A stretch of DNA of 64,000 nucleotides, from NCBI GenBank assembly GCA_028023455.1, contig JAQFVV010000001.1, forward strand, positions 35,030,001 to 35,094,000, given 5' to 3'. A model generated the notes under the pieces. The model saw only the letters and a program-made list of their open reading frames with translations. It was not told where the DNA came from and made no database searches. Origin of the DNA: Epiperipatus broadwayi (taxonomy: Eukaryota > Animalia > Onychophora). This document shows, piece by piece, positions 1-11,203 of this stretch; position 1 is the first letter of the stretch, and each line of letters begins with the position of its first letter. The position numbers and the translations under genes are program-made.

Positions 1-119
1 TTGAATTCATAGCACAAGATGAATTTTGTATAATATATTAATGAATGAAGCACATGATAAAAAATGCAAGATTAAAAAATCATATATTATACAAAATTCA
101 TCTTGTGCTATGAATTCAA
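1..119. repeat. Inverted repeat (37-bp visible arms, 45-bp spacer); probable centre of a head-to-head PLE structure cut by the window edge
   Basis: 1-37 TTGAATTCATAGCACAAGATGAATTTTGTATAATATA is the exact reverse complement of 83-119. Confidence 0.9.
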
Positions 120-163
120 AATTAACCAGCTTTCCGATTAGTTGTTCCAGGCCAATACAATGA
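41..163 (+). pseudogene. C-terminal relic of a Penelope-like GIY-YIG endonuclease
   Basis: Manual translation MNEAHDKKCKIKKSYIIQNSSCAMNSKLTSFPISCSRPIQ* resembles the K-R-x-I-K-E-S...I...N tail of the frames at 30711 and 56534-56902; a hammerhead-like motif follows on the same strand. Confidence 0.45.
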
Positions 164-208
164 AATGTTAGATTCATCACCTAGGAGAAAATAGAATTGT
201 TTACACTG

Positions 209-244
209 CCTTGATAAGGACTCGTAAGAGTTGAAAGCGCTTGG
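209..244 (+). ncRNA. Minimal type I hammerhead ribozyme-like motif (U3/A8 variant)
   Basis: CC-TTGATAA-G-GACTC(GTAA)GAGTT-GAAA-GCGC-T-T-GG: stem II with GNRA loop, GAAA, self-complementary stem III AGCGCT, CUU triplet, CC/GG stem I. Confidence 0.65.
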
Positions 245-2137
245 AAATATTATTTGTTTTATTTATTTATATTAAACTCTGTATTAACAATTGACACGAA
301 TTGTTATTTTATATTATTTTTATATTATATACAGAAGTATTATTTATTTAATTTTATTTTGAAATGTAATTATTGTTATACATAATTTGTAGAAAATATC
401 AACTTCTGATAGTTTTTACATGACCCAAAAATTTGTGCACCATTGAATTTCAATATATATACTATGCATATGTAACAGAAGTTTATTCCCTACTCTGTTT
501 TGTTCCAAATTTTAATTCTCTATAGTTTGAATATATCTAACCTTAATTTACATTTAATTTCTATTTATATACTGCAATGGTACAGAACAAGAGCATATCA
601 GGCATGATGCAAATCATCATAAAAAACATCACTATTTTTACTAAGCTTAGAAATGATAAAAAAATAGCATCTGAAGACATTATAAGTAATTATAAATGAT
701 AAATATAGCATCTCTAGTATATAATCATTAAAAAACAACAAACAGCCTTTGTCATTGAATCTAAAAGACATATAAAATTTGAGACTAACCATCATCTTCT
801 AGACAATGTCAAACTTAGGACATAATATTTTAAAAACAACCAATATTTCATCTGCATGCATATATTTAAGTGCTAAAATATCTACAATAATAGACATATC
901 AAAAAATTTTAGGATCTTTATATCAATGCTTGATATTATCAATGGAGGGGCATGTAATGTAATGAATGTATTGGCCACCAATAAAACTTTAATTATCATA
1001 AAATATGTAGTGTGAATAGAGATTAAAAATGATCTTCATTAACTTAATGCCATTTAAATAATTTTGAAGAAAATTATTACAGATGCCCAAACACATTTCT
1101 GTTTAAATGAGCTTTAGGATCATAAGGACCCCGGGACTTTGATCAAGAGAAAACATGCATACACTTAATCTATTCCATCATTAATAATTTCACTGGTATA
1201 ACTTAAAGTAATGATCACTACATTTATTAATTAGAATAATAACAATAATAATCATAAAATGAAAAACCTAATAAATGTTCTGTAAAACAAATACATCACT
1301 CCGGTTTTGGTTTATAAATATCATCTGTATTTACAGTGTAGTTTACATATATATAAATTGTAAGCAGCATTGAATAAACACATATCTATATGCACACACA
1401 TGTATATATAATAATATAAAATGTTTCAATCATTAAGACCCAATAAATATTCTATATTAACAAAATATAAATAATTAAATGTTAATATATATATATAATA
1501 TTGCACACGCACAAATGCGTATCTAATATAAAAATAAAATATTTCATTTGTCAATTTTAATTATCTTTATTATTGCCTTGTGAGTGAGATTTATTTTAAA
1601 AATGTATGCAAGAAAAAATAAACTAATTGGGACAATTCTCTTTGCCAGAAGAGAGAATAAAAGTTAAAACCTAAAGAACATTTAAGAAGACTTTCAAAAA
1701 AGTAATATTTCTTTATTTTAAAACATTTGCTTACAATTTATACGTAATATACATACTAGAGACAGAAGATTTTTTTTTATTGATGATGTTTCAGTGCTGG
1801 AATCTCTCAAAACTACTAGATTGCTCTTCAGTGATATCTCAACTCATTTCAGCTTCAATCATGGGTTTCAAAACACCACAGAAAATGTTTCTTACTTCTA
1901 TAGAAATTCAAACTCAACCAATGTGTAATTAGTAGGAATATAACTTTTCTGTAGTCTCTCCAATTTAATAATTATTAGTAAATATAAACCTACTACTTAT
2001 TGTAAATGCAAATAAATTTAAAAACAAAATAATTAAGTATTTTCTATCAAGATAAATAAAAACAAGGTAATTAATATTGTTCTGTTTCTTTAACTTATAT
2101 TAATCCTTTAAGTTAAAACATGACTGAATTAACTATA

Positions 2138-2840
2138 ATCATTATTATCATCATTTTCAACTATTACCAATCCACTTCAAGATGAAGATCTCTCCAAGTT
2201 AAATCCATCTTCTGCAATCTGTAGCCTCTTTTCTCCACACCACTCCTGCACACTTCCTTATTTCATCTGTCCATTCCACATGTGGTCACTTTCTAGATCT
2301 TTTACAATTTCATGGAATCCAATTTAAGATTTCAATTGTCCATCTATTATCATGTTTTGTAGCAATATATATACAGCCCAACTCCACTTCAGTCTTTTTA
2401 TTCTTTCAATGATATCAATAACACCTATTTGTTGTCTTACCCATGTACTTCATTTTCTATTTTTTCTGTTACTCCTAATAGGCATCTTTCTATACTTCTT
2501 TGATTAGTCTGAAGTCTCTACAACTCTTCTATTAAATATCCAAGTCTCAGATTTATAAGTTAGAACTTGTAAAACCAATTTATTAAAAATCATGCTTTTC
2601 AAACCCATTGGAATGTTTCCTTTTATTTAAAATTATTTACACCAGAAGCACTGCAACCAAATTGTGTTCTATGATTAATTTCATGAATTATGTTTCCATC
2701 TGTAGTAATAATTTCTTTTAACTCATCATTATCAATCTTTATTTTCATCTTTTGAGAAATTCCATTGAACATTAATTTAGATTTTTAGGGTTTACCTTTA
2801 GTCCTGTTTTTTTACTTTCATCTGATAACTCTTAATTCTA
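2138..2840 (-). mobile_element. Degenerate 3' fragment of an RTE-clade LINE
   Basis: Reverse complement aligns by eye with the 3' half of the RTE copy at 50485-51590 and ends in a decayed (GAT)n tail; many stops and indels. Confidence 0.85.
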
Positions 2841-5374
2841 TAAATAATGTACATTATAAAAAAAAAAAACAGCTTTGTTTTATCCAAAAATATTTTTCTT
2901 TCTTTATTACATTAATAATTTTACATTTTTTTTTTAATATTTCATTTTAAATAATTTACAGTACTTTAAAAATATCAAAATTATTATTTAATCAACATTT
3001 CAGTTATTCCAGACTATATTTTAAATAAAAATATACAATAAATTTTGTCTTTGCGTATTTCTACTTTAGATTTTAAGCTTTAAATATATATGCACTCATT
3101 ATCTTGTGTATCATGAGATCATTGGTTCAAGATTTGTTGGAACTAATAAACCTGCTTACTAGAAAGTAAACTTCATACAAGCACGCACTCGTAGATATAT
3201 GTAATAATAAAAAAAATCATTACACGTATATAATGATTTTAATATAATAAATTATTATTATTATAGTGTTTGATTTTATTTGGAAAATTTCTTAATTTTA
3301 GTTATTTTTTAGTGGGAAAAAATCGTTTATTTTGTTTTTCAAGTTTTCTTTTTATCACACTCCTGTGTTGTTGTAGCTCAAAAGAAATTTTATTAACGAA
3401 GTTTTTCAAAATATTTTGAAAAATAATACCTTTGGGTACTACAATGTCATGTATAAAGTGTAAATACAGTTTTATTAAAATATTAACTTTCATTTATTTA
3501 AATATTATTAAAAAAAAAACATGACTACCATTAAAAATGCTGCCAAAAACAAAACAAAATTTGGAGAAGTAAAATGAATTTATATATTTAGAAGAAATAG
3601 ATAAAATAATTTATTTTATTAATTCAATGGAAAAAGACAAAAGTTTTCTATGTTCTGGTAAGTGTTAATTATTTACATAGTGGTCATGAATCTAAAAATT
3701 GATTAGATCAATATATGTTCATAGAGTATCATAACTACAGGCGTATAAGTGTCTGCTACTTATGGATTCTTGCTGTGAGAAAAAAAAAATCTCTCATTTA
3801 AAAACAAAGAGATGATAGAAAGAAATTTTCACTTCATCTTTTCACCCTCTTGAGAAACCTTTTTCACATTTTATATAAGAACTGGTAGACATAGTTTGAC
3901 AAAAGCTAAATGAACATTGTGCTACCTGACCCCCCTCCCCTTCACCGCCACCAACCGTGTTTTCTGACTCCTTGCTATCGGTGAAAGAGGAATGAAAATA
4001 AGTACTTAATAAAAAATAAGATAGAAATTGAAGATGATTTGTTAAGTGCTAATGTCTTTAGTAAACATAATTCCTGATACAAAAGTAGGAGGGGTTTAAA
4101 AAATATAAAAGATTAAATGTTATTTTAAAAATAATAATGCCAAACATTAAAGTTTTGATTACCTAAGCTTAGTAAAAGAAGAAAGATTAACTATTGTTTC
4201 AGAGCTAAATGCATGTTTAATGATAAGAATCAAAACTTATAAAAAAAAAAAAAAATCTAAAAGTCTATATATATACATTTAATAAACCAATCAAGAAAAA
4301 TTCTACGAGGAAAAAAAATAGCAAAAATAAAAACCATCAGAGATATGTTAAAATAAGTACAAGATGTATTTAGTATATGTGACACCCACCCACATTTATA
4401 TAGAGACAACAGTGAATGAAATATTTAAAAATAAAAGCATTTTTTTTAAAAATCTGGACACATTATGAAAGGAAAGGAGAGAAGTCGGTTCAAATTTTTA
4501 AATATTCCATATATTGTTATTTTAATATAAATTACAATATCCTTAATAAGCCAACATTTTAATTTAATCTTAAAATTATACTAACATTTAAAAAATACTA
4601 ATTAGTACAGTGCAAAAATAAATTAATATGCACATTAAAATTAAAAAAATAACCCACCGTTCATTAAATATCTGCAAATTATTAATACTGAATGAAGCAA
4701 CTTGGAAGAACTTTATGGCAGAGAGCATAAGTAATTACCTAATATGGCTATGAACTGAAGTTTAAAATGGATGGATAGATCTGAAAAAAAATTTCGGGTT
4801 TCGAATTTTTCTTTCAATTACCCAGCTCAAATTCAATTTAGATAAGCATTCATTATTTATTAGTTAAAAAAAGTTTGCAGTTATTATTATTTACAAACTT
4901 GATTAATATTATTTGATTAGAATAGTGTCAATGGATCGATTATAAAAACAAACAAAATTATAATATTACACAACCTTTACAACTGGTCGGGAAAGTATTT
5001 TTTTATTCCTATATTTATTGAGCCAATTGTTTAACTTCAAGTAAATGTCCTGTTTTTATTTCATTTTTTTAAATTAATGATACCCCTCTTAAAAAAAATT
5101 GTAAATGAAATTTTAATCACTAACTTAAAAAAAAAACCAAAACTTTAAAGGCAAACCTTACAGAATATTACTAGAAATAAATAAAAGAAAGAAAAAATCA
5201 TTAAATGAGCTGAAAAGTGAAGAAAATTAAAATGAAATGTTTATTTTATTTTTTTACCAAAAACATGTTATACTGATATCCAAATAAGGATTGATATACA
5301 TAAAATATTGTAAATGTAAAACTAATAAATACTAAAATTAATATTAACATTTAACACCGTAAAAAAATAATTAA

Positions 5375-7249
5375 GGTGCTAATTTAGAGTGTGCTCTCGC
5401 TCTCCACCATTTTGAATTCTGACCATCTAATAACACTGCTGACATATCTAAGTAATGAATGACATTGAATAATACACACAAGGTCACTTGGATGAATCAG
5501 TGGTGATTTTAGGCAGTACTTAGAATCAAAATGGTGGAGAGCAATCAGTCTGATCAAACAAAACTTATCATTTTGAAATATTAAAAGCTTGTAACTTCTA
5601 AAATATGAATTTTATTATAATAATGATGACACTTCATGCCAAGTATGTAGAGAGGGGAAAGAATATTTTCTACAATATAAAGTATTGTCCAAAAAATACA
5701 GAAGTCTGATCAAAACAAGCTTATAATTTCAAAATACTAAAAGCTAATATATTTCTAAAATACCATTTTTTTTTACAATATATGACTATAATCACATGTT
5801 GAATAAATGTAAATTGATCAAATCAAGCTTCTAATTTCAAATTTCTAAAAGCTTATGACTTCTAAAACACACATTTTATTATAATATATGCATATAATCA
5901 CATGTTGAAATAATATCAAATTGATCAAACCAAGCTTATAATTTCAAATTATCTAAAGGGTTATAACTTCTAAAATACAAAATTATTATAATATATGCCT
6001 ACAAGCACTTATAATTTGCAAATAGTAAAAGCTTATAAATTGGCTGAAATAAAGCATATTAATTTTACAATTAACTCGATTTTTTCTTACCAGAAAGAAA
6101 TTCTGATGTTGCATGTGTCCAAAATGGAGATAAGAAAAATAGCATTGGTCACATTTGATCTCCTGATATGGACAACAGATCTACACTTGATTACATGGGG
6201 TCTTTATGGGCTTTTGAAATTGATACAAATAAAACAATTTTAAAGCCATAATTATATTGCAGGATGTTGTGAGATTAAATTACTCTACAAAATGTCTTTA
6301 TACAAGAGAAGTTACTTTTTCTTCTAAGATTTTGGATCAAAATTTTTCTTTTATAGACATTTTCAAACCAAATGATCACATGTGAACAACGCTAACTTTT
6401 TCTCCCTCTTTTTTTGTAATGACATGTGAGAAATGAAACACACAACAGTACTCACTTTGGTAAGAAAAAATAGGATTTATTAATTTTTTATGAATTGTAA
6501 AATTAATATTCTTTCCTTTAGACAATTATTCTTTCAGCTATTGTTAAGCTAAAATGTGATTTATTATTAATTGTAGAATTAATATGATTCAGCAGTTGTT
6601 TCTACATTTATTCATCATTTTTATTATTTCAACATATGGTTATGGGCCTATATTGTAATAAAATTTGTATTTTAGAAGTTATAAGCTTTTAGTATTTTGA
6701 AATTATAAGCTTGGTTTGATCAATTTTAAATTTATTTAACATGTAATTATGGGCATATATTGTAATAAAATTCGGTTAATGATGGTGCTTCATGCCAAAA
6801 TATACAGGGATAGAGAAGGATGTTTTTGACAATACAAAGCATTGTCCAAAAATGCAGAAGTTACAAGTACATGGTTTATTTATGTTTTTAATGTCTTTTC
6901 CTTCTTTTAATTAATATATGTGTCCATTATTTTTTTTTGATTCACTTTTTAGCTTTAAGTATTTTAAATTTGTATTTTAAAAATTATAAGCTTTTAGTAT
7001 TTTGAAATTTATTCATTTCTCCCATTTTTTATATTTTTTATATTTTAGTCACATGATTTGATCAAGCATAGTTATACAAAATTTACACTTTAATTTTTTA
7101 ATTATTGATGTACTTTATGATTTTCTAATGAATGATCATATTGCAACCACATGTAGATTTTTAACGTCATCTAGTTTGAATGTGTCAGTGGTGGTTTGGG
7201 GCCAGCCTTAGAATTCAAAATAGTAGAGAGCACACTCTAAATTGGTATC
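5375..7249. mobile_element. Foldback/MITE-like composite with diverged terminal inverted repeats and ~107-bp internal modules
   Basis: GGTGCTAATTTAGAGTGTGCTCTC at 5375 vs GAGAGCACACTCTAAATTGGTATC ending 7249; four direct modules starting TGATCAAA at ~5551, 5707, 5815, 5922; inverted modules at ~6626-6771 and ~6968-7010. Confidence 0.6.
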
Positions 7250-9339
7250 AGAACTAATAAGTAATTTTTTATTAATTACTATAAATTTTGGATGCTAAAC
7301 AGATAAAAACAAGTTTAATATTCAGAACATTTTATAAATGTATGCCTAATATGTATTAAAATTAATGACTTTATTAATTGATAATTTTATGACATTAAGA
7401 CTCAATTTAACTGGACAATTAATTATTATAAAAGTTATTATTTAATATTTATTTTTAAGTTTTCAGAAATGTACAAGTACTTTAAAGACATGAATAAGCA
7501 AGTACGATATTATTATTTTATTATTATATGTTCCCTTAATTCACAAATACTATTAATCTAGAAAGATTAGGAAAATTAAAATTGCTGGATTAATTGTATT
7601 GATATGTTTCATTCCTTTTAAAATATTCTTAACATAAAAAATATAATTTATATTCCTAACAAATAAAATAATTCATTCTATTTATTCTACTCCCAGCTAT
7701 CTGTTAAAAGCTTAGTAATTAATAGTCACTAAATAGTACTGCTAGATTTACATCTTCAGAGTAGTTTTTAGTAATACTTCTTTAGTGAGAGTATAATTGC
7801 ACTTACAATCCAGTTAATATGTTTACCAATCTAATAGTCTGAATTCAAATATTTTCCAAAGATTTGAAATCAATTGAACTTGACCATTAATTTTTTCCCA
7901 ATTTAATACAAAAATGATTCAAAACATCTAAAATACATTGTGAATAAAGGACAAAAGTTTAAGCCATTTCATAAAACTTAAAACTGATGAGTACATATAT
8001 TAGAATCTTAATCACAATTATTAACATGGTTTTAAGAAGCTATTAGTTTTTAGAAGCTATAACACTCTCTGTATTTTCAAATTAAAAAGATTGCTAAACA
8101 TTATACATAGGATTGTACACATGCTTAGAAATTCGGTGAATTTTACATAGATGAGTTTTAAATGAAGTCCATATGAAGATATACAGTTTGGAATGTGAGC
8201 TTTAAAACAAAAATTTTATCAAATAAATGAAAATGCTTTATAACTATAAAGAAATAATTTAGGGTTTTACAACTGACATTGCATAGGAAATGGAAATCTC
8301 TATTCTATTTCAATACTAATATTTAAATATAGCAAAATTTCTTTATCACTTTAGACTTGTCTACATACAAAACAATCTCCAAGTATATAGGAATTATGTT
8401 ACTGAGATGAAACTCTATGGAAATTTGTGGATATTTAAATGAATGTTCTGCTATTTTTTTGAACTGGGTTCATTCACTTTATAATAAATATTCTGAAGAT
8501 TTTACTTTTTATATCCCTTTTTGTTAACATTAGAAAATGTATCTGAAATAACTCTGCCATCTTGCTTTAAGAAAATAAAAAGCTGATATTATCATATTTA
8601 TCTTTTGATTGTTTATTAATGCCATGAGTTAGAATATTTCTAAATTATAAGTTTGCGACTTTTAAAAAAAAGTATCACTATTAGCATATTTCATGTAACA
8701 TATTTCTTTCACTATAAGTATTTTCAAAAAATCACACTAAACAATTAGCAAATAATTTTAAAGATAAATTCAAATTCACATACTCATTCACCTTCAATGG
8801 AACTAATTATGGTTACTAAAGATTATAACAATTAATTGCCACATCCACTTATCTATCAACTAATTCAATTTACAAAGTCAATTTTTAAAAGTATTCCTTT
8901 TATTTGCAGCACTAAAAATATCTGAAGTTTTTATTAATAATAAATTGTCATTTTTAGTTTATTTAAATATTGTATTGATAGAATGTTTGAAATATTAGAT
9001 TCTTCACATCATAACCACAAGCAATACAGATAAATTATATCTTCTAACTTTCTGATTTGTATTTAATTGTACAAATTAGCCTTAAAATATTAGAAGTATT
9101 ATTTGTTTTACTATCCATAAAAAACAACATATTGCTTTAATGTTTTAAATATTGAAGTGGTATATATCTGTATGCAGATATACACTGCTTCAAATCCACC
9201 AAGTTAGTCTGTAAAAAAAACTTACTTGTACTTTACAGTGAATAAGTGATTGATCTATTAGTTTAGCCGGAGTGTTTACTATTAGTTAATTAATCCTATT
9301 TACATTCTTATTTACCTTAATGTTTATCCCTGACTCTGG

Positions 9340-10585
9340 ATTCAGTTTAGTTTCTAAGTTCATCATCTAGGGTAGCTTGTTTACTTTTATCAGGATCATC
9401 CTCCCAGCTCATGAGGTCTTCATGGTATGGTTTTAGGCTGTTGCTGTGATGTGTTTTCCAGGTCTTCAACTCCTTGTCTTTTGCAAAATTACCAAAATGT
9501 ATTGTGATGAGCAGCTCCATCATCTTGTTTACATTATATCCTGATTGCTGATCATGATTAAGCTGCATGGATATGGGCAGGTTATACCTGATATTCCATA
9601 TGATCTGGTGATTTGTCTTTGGAAATGCCATTAATATCTTCAGGTCTGCTACTTGTCACAAAAAGAATTGTCTTTGTGTTTTTTTCCTTCTCAGTCATAT
9701 TTTTCTTGAAGAATGCTGTGCATGATGCCATCTTGCCTTTTATGACACCAAAACATATTTAATAATACTTGTTTGTAGCCTGCCCATGATTAGAGTTGGT
9801 GGACATATTTCCCCACTAGTTGTTAGCTGTGCCTCCAGGGTATTAACTGCTACTTGTTCTCCCTTAGTCAGGTCACAGCAACTGAATAGCTCTTCCAAGC
9901 TTTGGAGATGTCTTGTAGGGGTCTCTCCCACATCTCCTCAGAATACCTTAATCTGTATCACCTTTGCTATTGGTGATGCTAGGTCATGCATTTATCCAGG
10001 CATTTTCTTTTGGTATAGGATCCCCCTCAGTCTCTTCTCCTATATGTGGCAGCTGTACCTGCATCCTTTGGGTTGTTCTGGGTAACTATTTGTTGGGTTT
10101 TACTCTGTCATTTTCTTCTGCTCTATGGCATGTATTTGACTTGCTTCTGATTGTGATGCTATTTTAAGTTCTGACCCAATGCATGCTGCACTATTTTTAC
10201 TGTTTCCTTCTCATTTTCTTTTTTTTTCCTGGTCTTGTTTCAGTTTTAACAATACTTTCACATCTGATTCTTGCACTCTTCCAACCTTTCTCATCTTTCA
10301 TTAATGATTGTCTTTTTTATTCCTTCTTTATCTGGCTATTTTCAACCTTTCCTGGATCTTAGTCTTGTTCATCCATTTCTTTTTCTTCTGTGTTGTGGCT
10401 CTTGTTCATTTCTGATATTGTTTTGATGAATTGGTTTCTATTCTTTTGGTCATTAATTAACTCAATCGTCTGCTTCCCCCTGTCATCATCTTTCTATGTC
10501 ATTCCATTTCTAATGAGTTTATTTTCTAAATTCTGTGTTTTATCCATTCTCATTTCATTATCTGAAGAAAAAATGTCCTGCCCTG
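9340..10585 (-). mobile_element. Internally deleted, degenerate Ty3/Gypsy-like internal region
   Basis: ORF 9347-9631 ends with an integrase C-terminal-like HHSNSLKPYHE; ORF 9740-9931 resembles a pre-RT linker; GC is elevated; LTR-like units and a PBS lie upstream on the same strand. Confidence 0.5.
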
Positions 10586-10854
10586 TGTAACCCTACTCTT
10601 TATTATTCTACAAAAAATTAGCTTTATGCCAAGCAGAGTTCTTGATCAGCAGATATAGGGTTGCCCCCACACCCTTGGTTTAAACCTCTGCCTAATCTTC
10701 TAGTCTCAACTAATTAACAGTTACACAGCTCTGCATAGCTTCACATAGCTCAGTGTTCAAACTTGGTTCTTTCTCATGATTCTTTGCAGCTCATCATATG
10801 ATCCAGGGCAGCACATGTCCATCATACTTTAATTTATTTATCTGAGATTCATTA
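10586..10854 (-). repeat. Diverged copy of the ~290-bp LTR-like unit
   Basis: Shares blocks with 10911-11203 (TTCAAACTTGG, TTCTTTGCAGCTCATC, TATGATCCAGG, TTATCTGA-ATTCATTA); one end is TGTAA. Confidence 0.65.
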
Positions 10855-10875
10855 ATCTCAGGGTCATGGGTCGGT

Positions 10876-10893
10876 GTCGCATGTTGGGCACCA
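10876..10893 (-). other. Primer-binding-site-like sequence (tRNA-Lys type)
   Basis: Minus strand TGGTGCCCAACATGCGAC matches 14/18 of the tRNA-Lys1,2 PBS TGGCGCCCAACGTGGGGC; two mismatches are CpG transitions; 17 nt from the LTR-like unit. Confidence 0.6.
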
Positions 10894-10910
10894 GATTATA
10901 CAAAAAACTC

Positions 10911-11203
10911 TGTAATGATCAAGATTGTTTAATTAGTCAACAAGACACAAAGACCTAGCATGGTTCTCAACCAGTGGATGTACAGTTGCCCTCACATGCT
11001 TGATTTAAACCCTACCTAGTCTTTCTGGTCTCAACAACCTAATTAACAGCATTGATGTTACACAACTTCTCTTCCTCTGTATAGCCCATGTAGCTCAGAT
11101 TTCAAACTTGGTGCTCTTTCTCAGAGTTCTTTGCAGCTCATCTTATGATCCAGGATAGCACACCTCCACCTTAGATTAATTTGTTTATCTGATATTCATT
11201 ACA
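10911..11203 (-). repeat. LTR-like unit (293 bp)
   Basis: Termini TGTAATGA...TCATTACA form a perfect 8-bp inverted pair with TG..CA; ATTAAA near the minus-strand 3' end; PBS-like sequence follows. Confidence 0.65.

Noticed and set aside
598-1150. Short ORFs, with a faint GPCR-helix look (minus) or Gypsy RNase H/integrase look (plus: KFETNHHLL, YYQWRGM)
   Set aside because: Too decayed; the two readings conflict and neither can be supported without a search.
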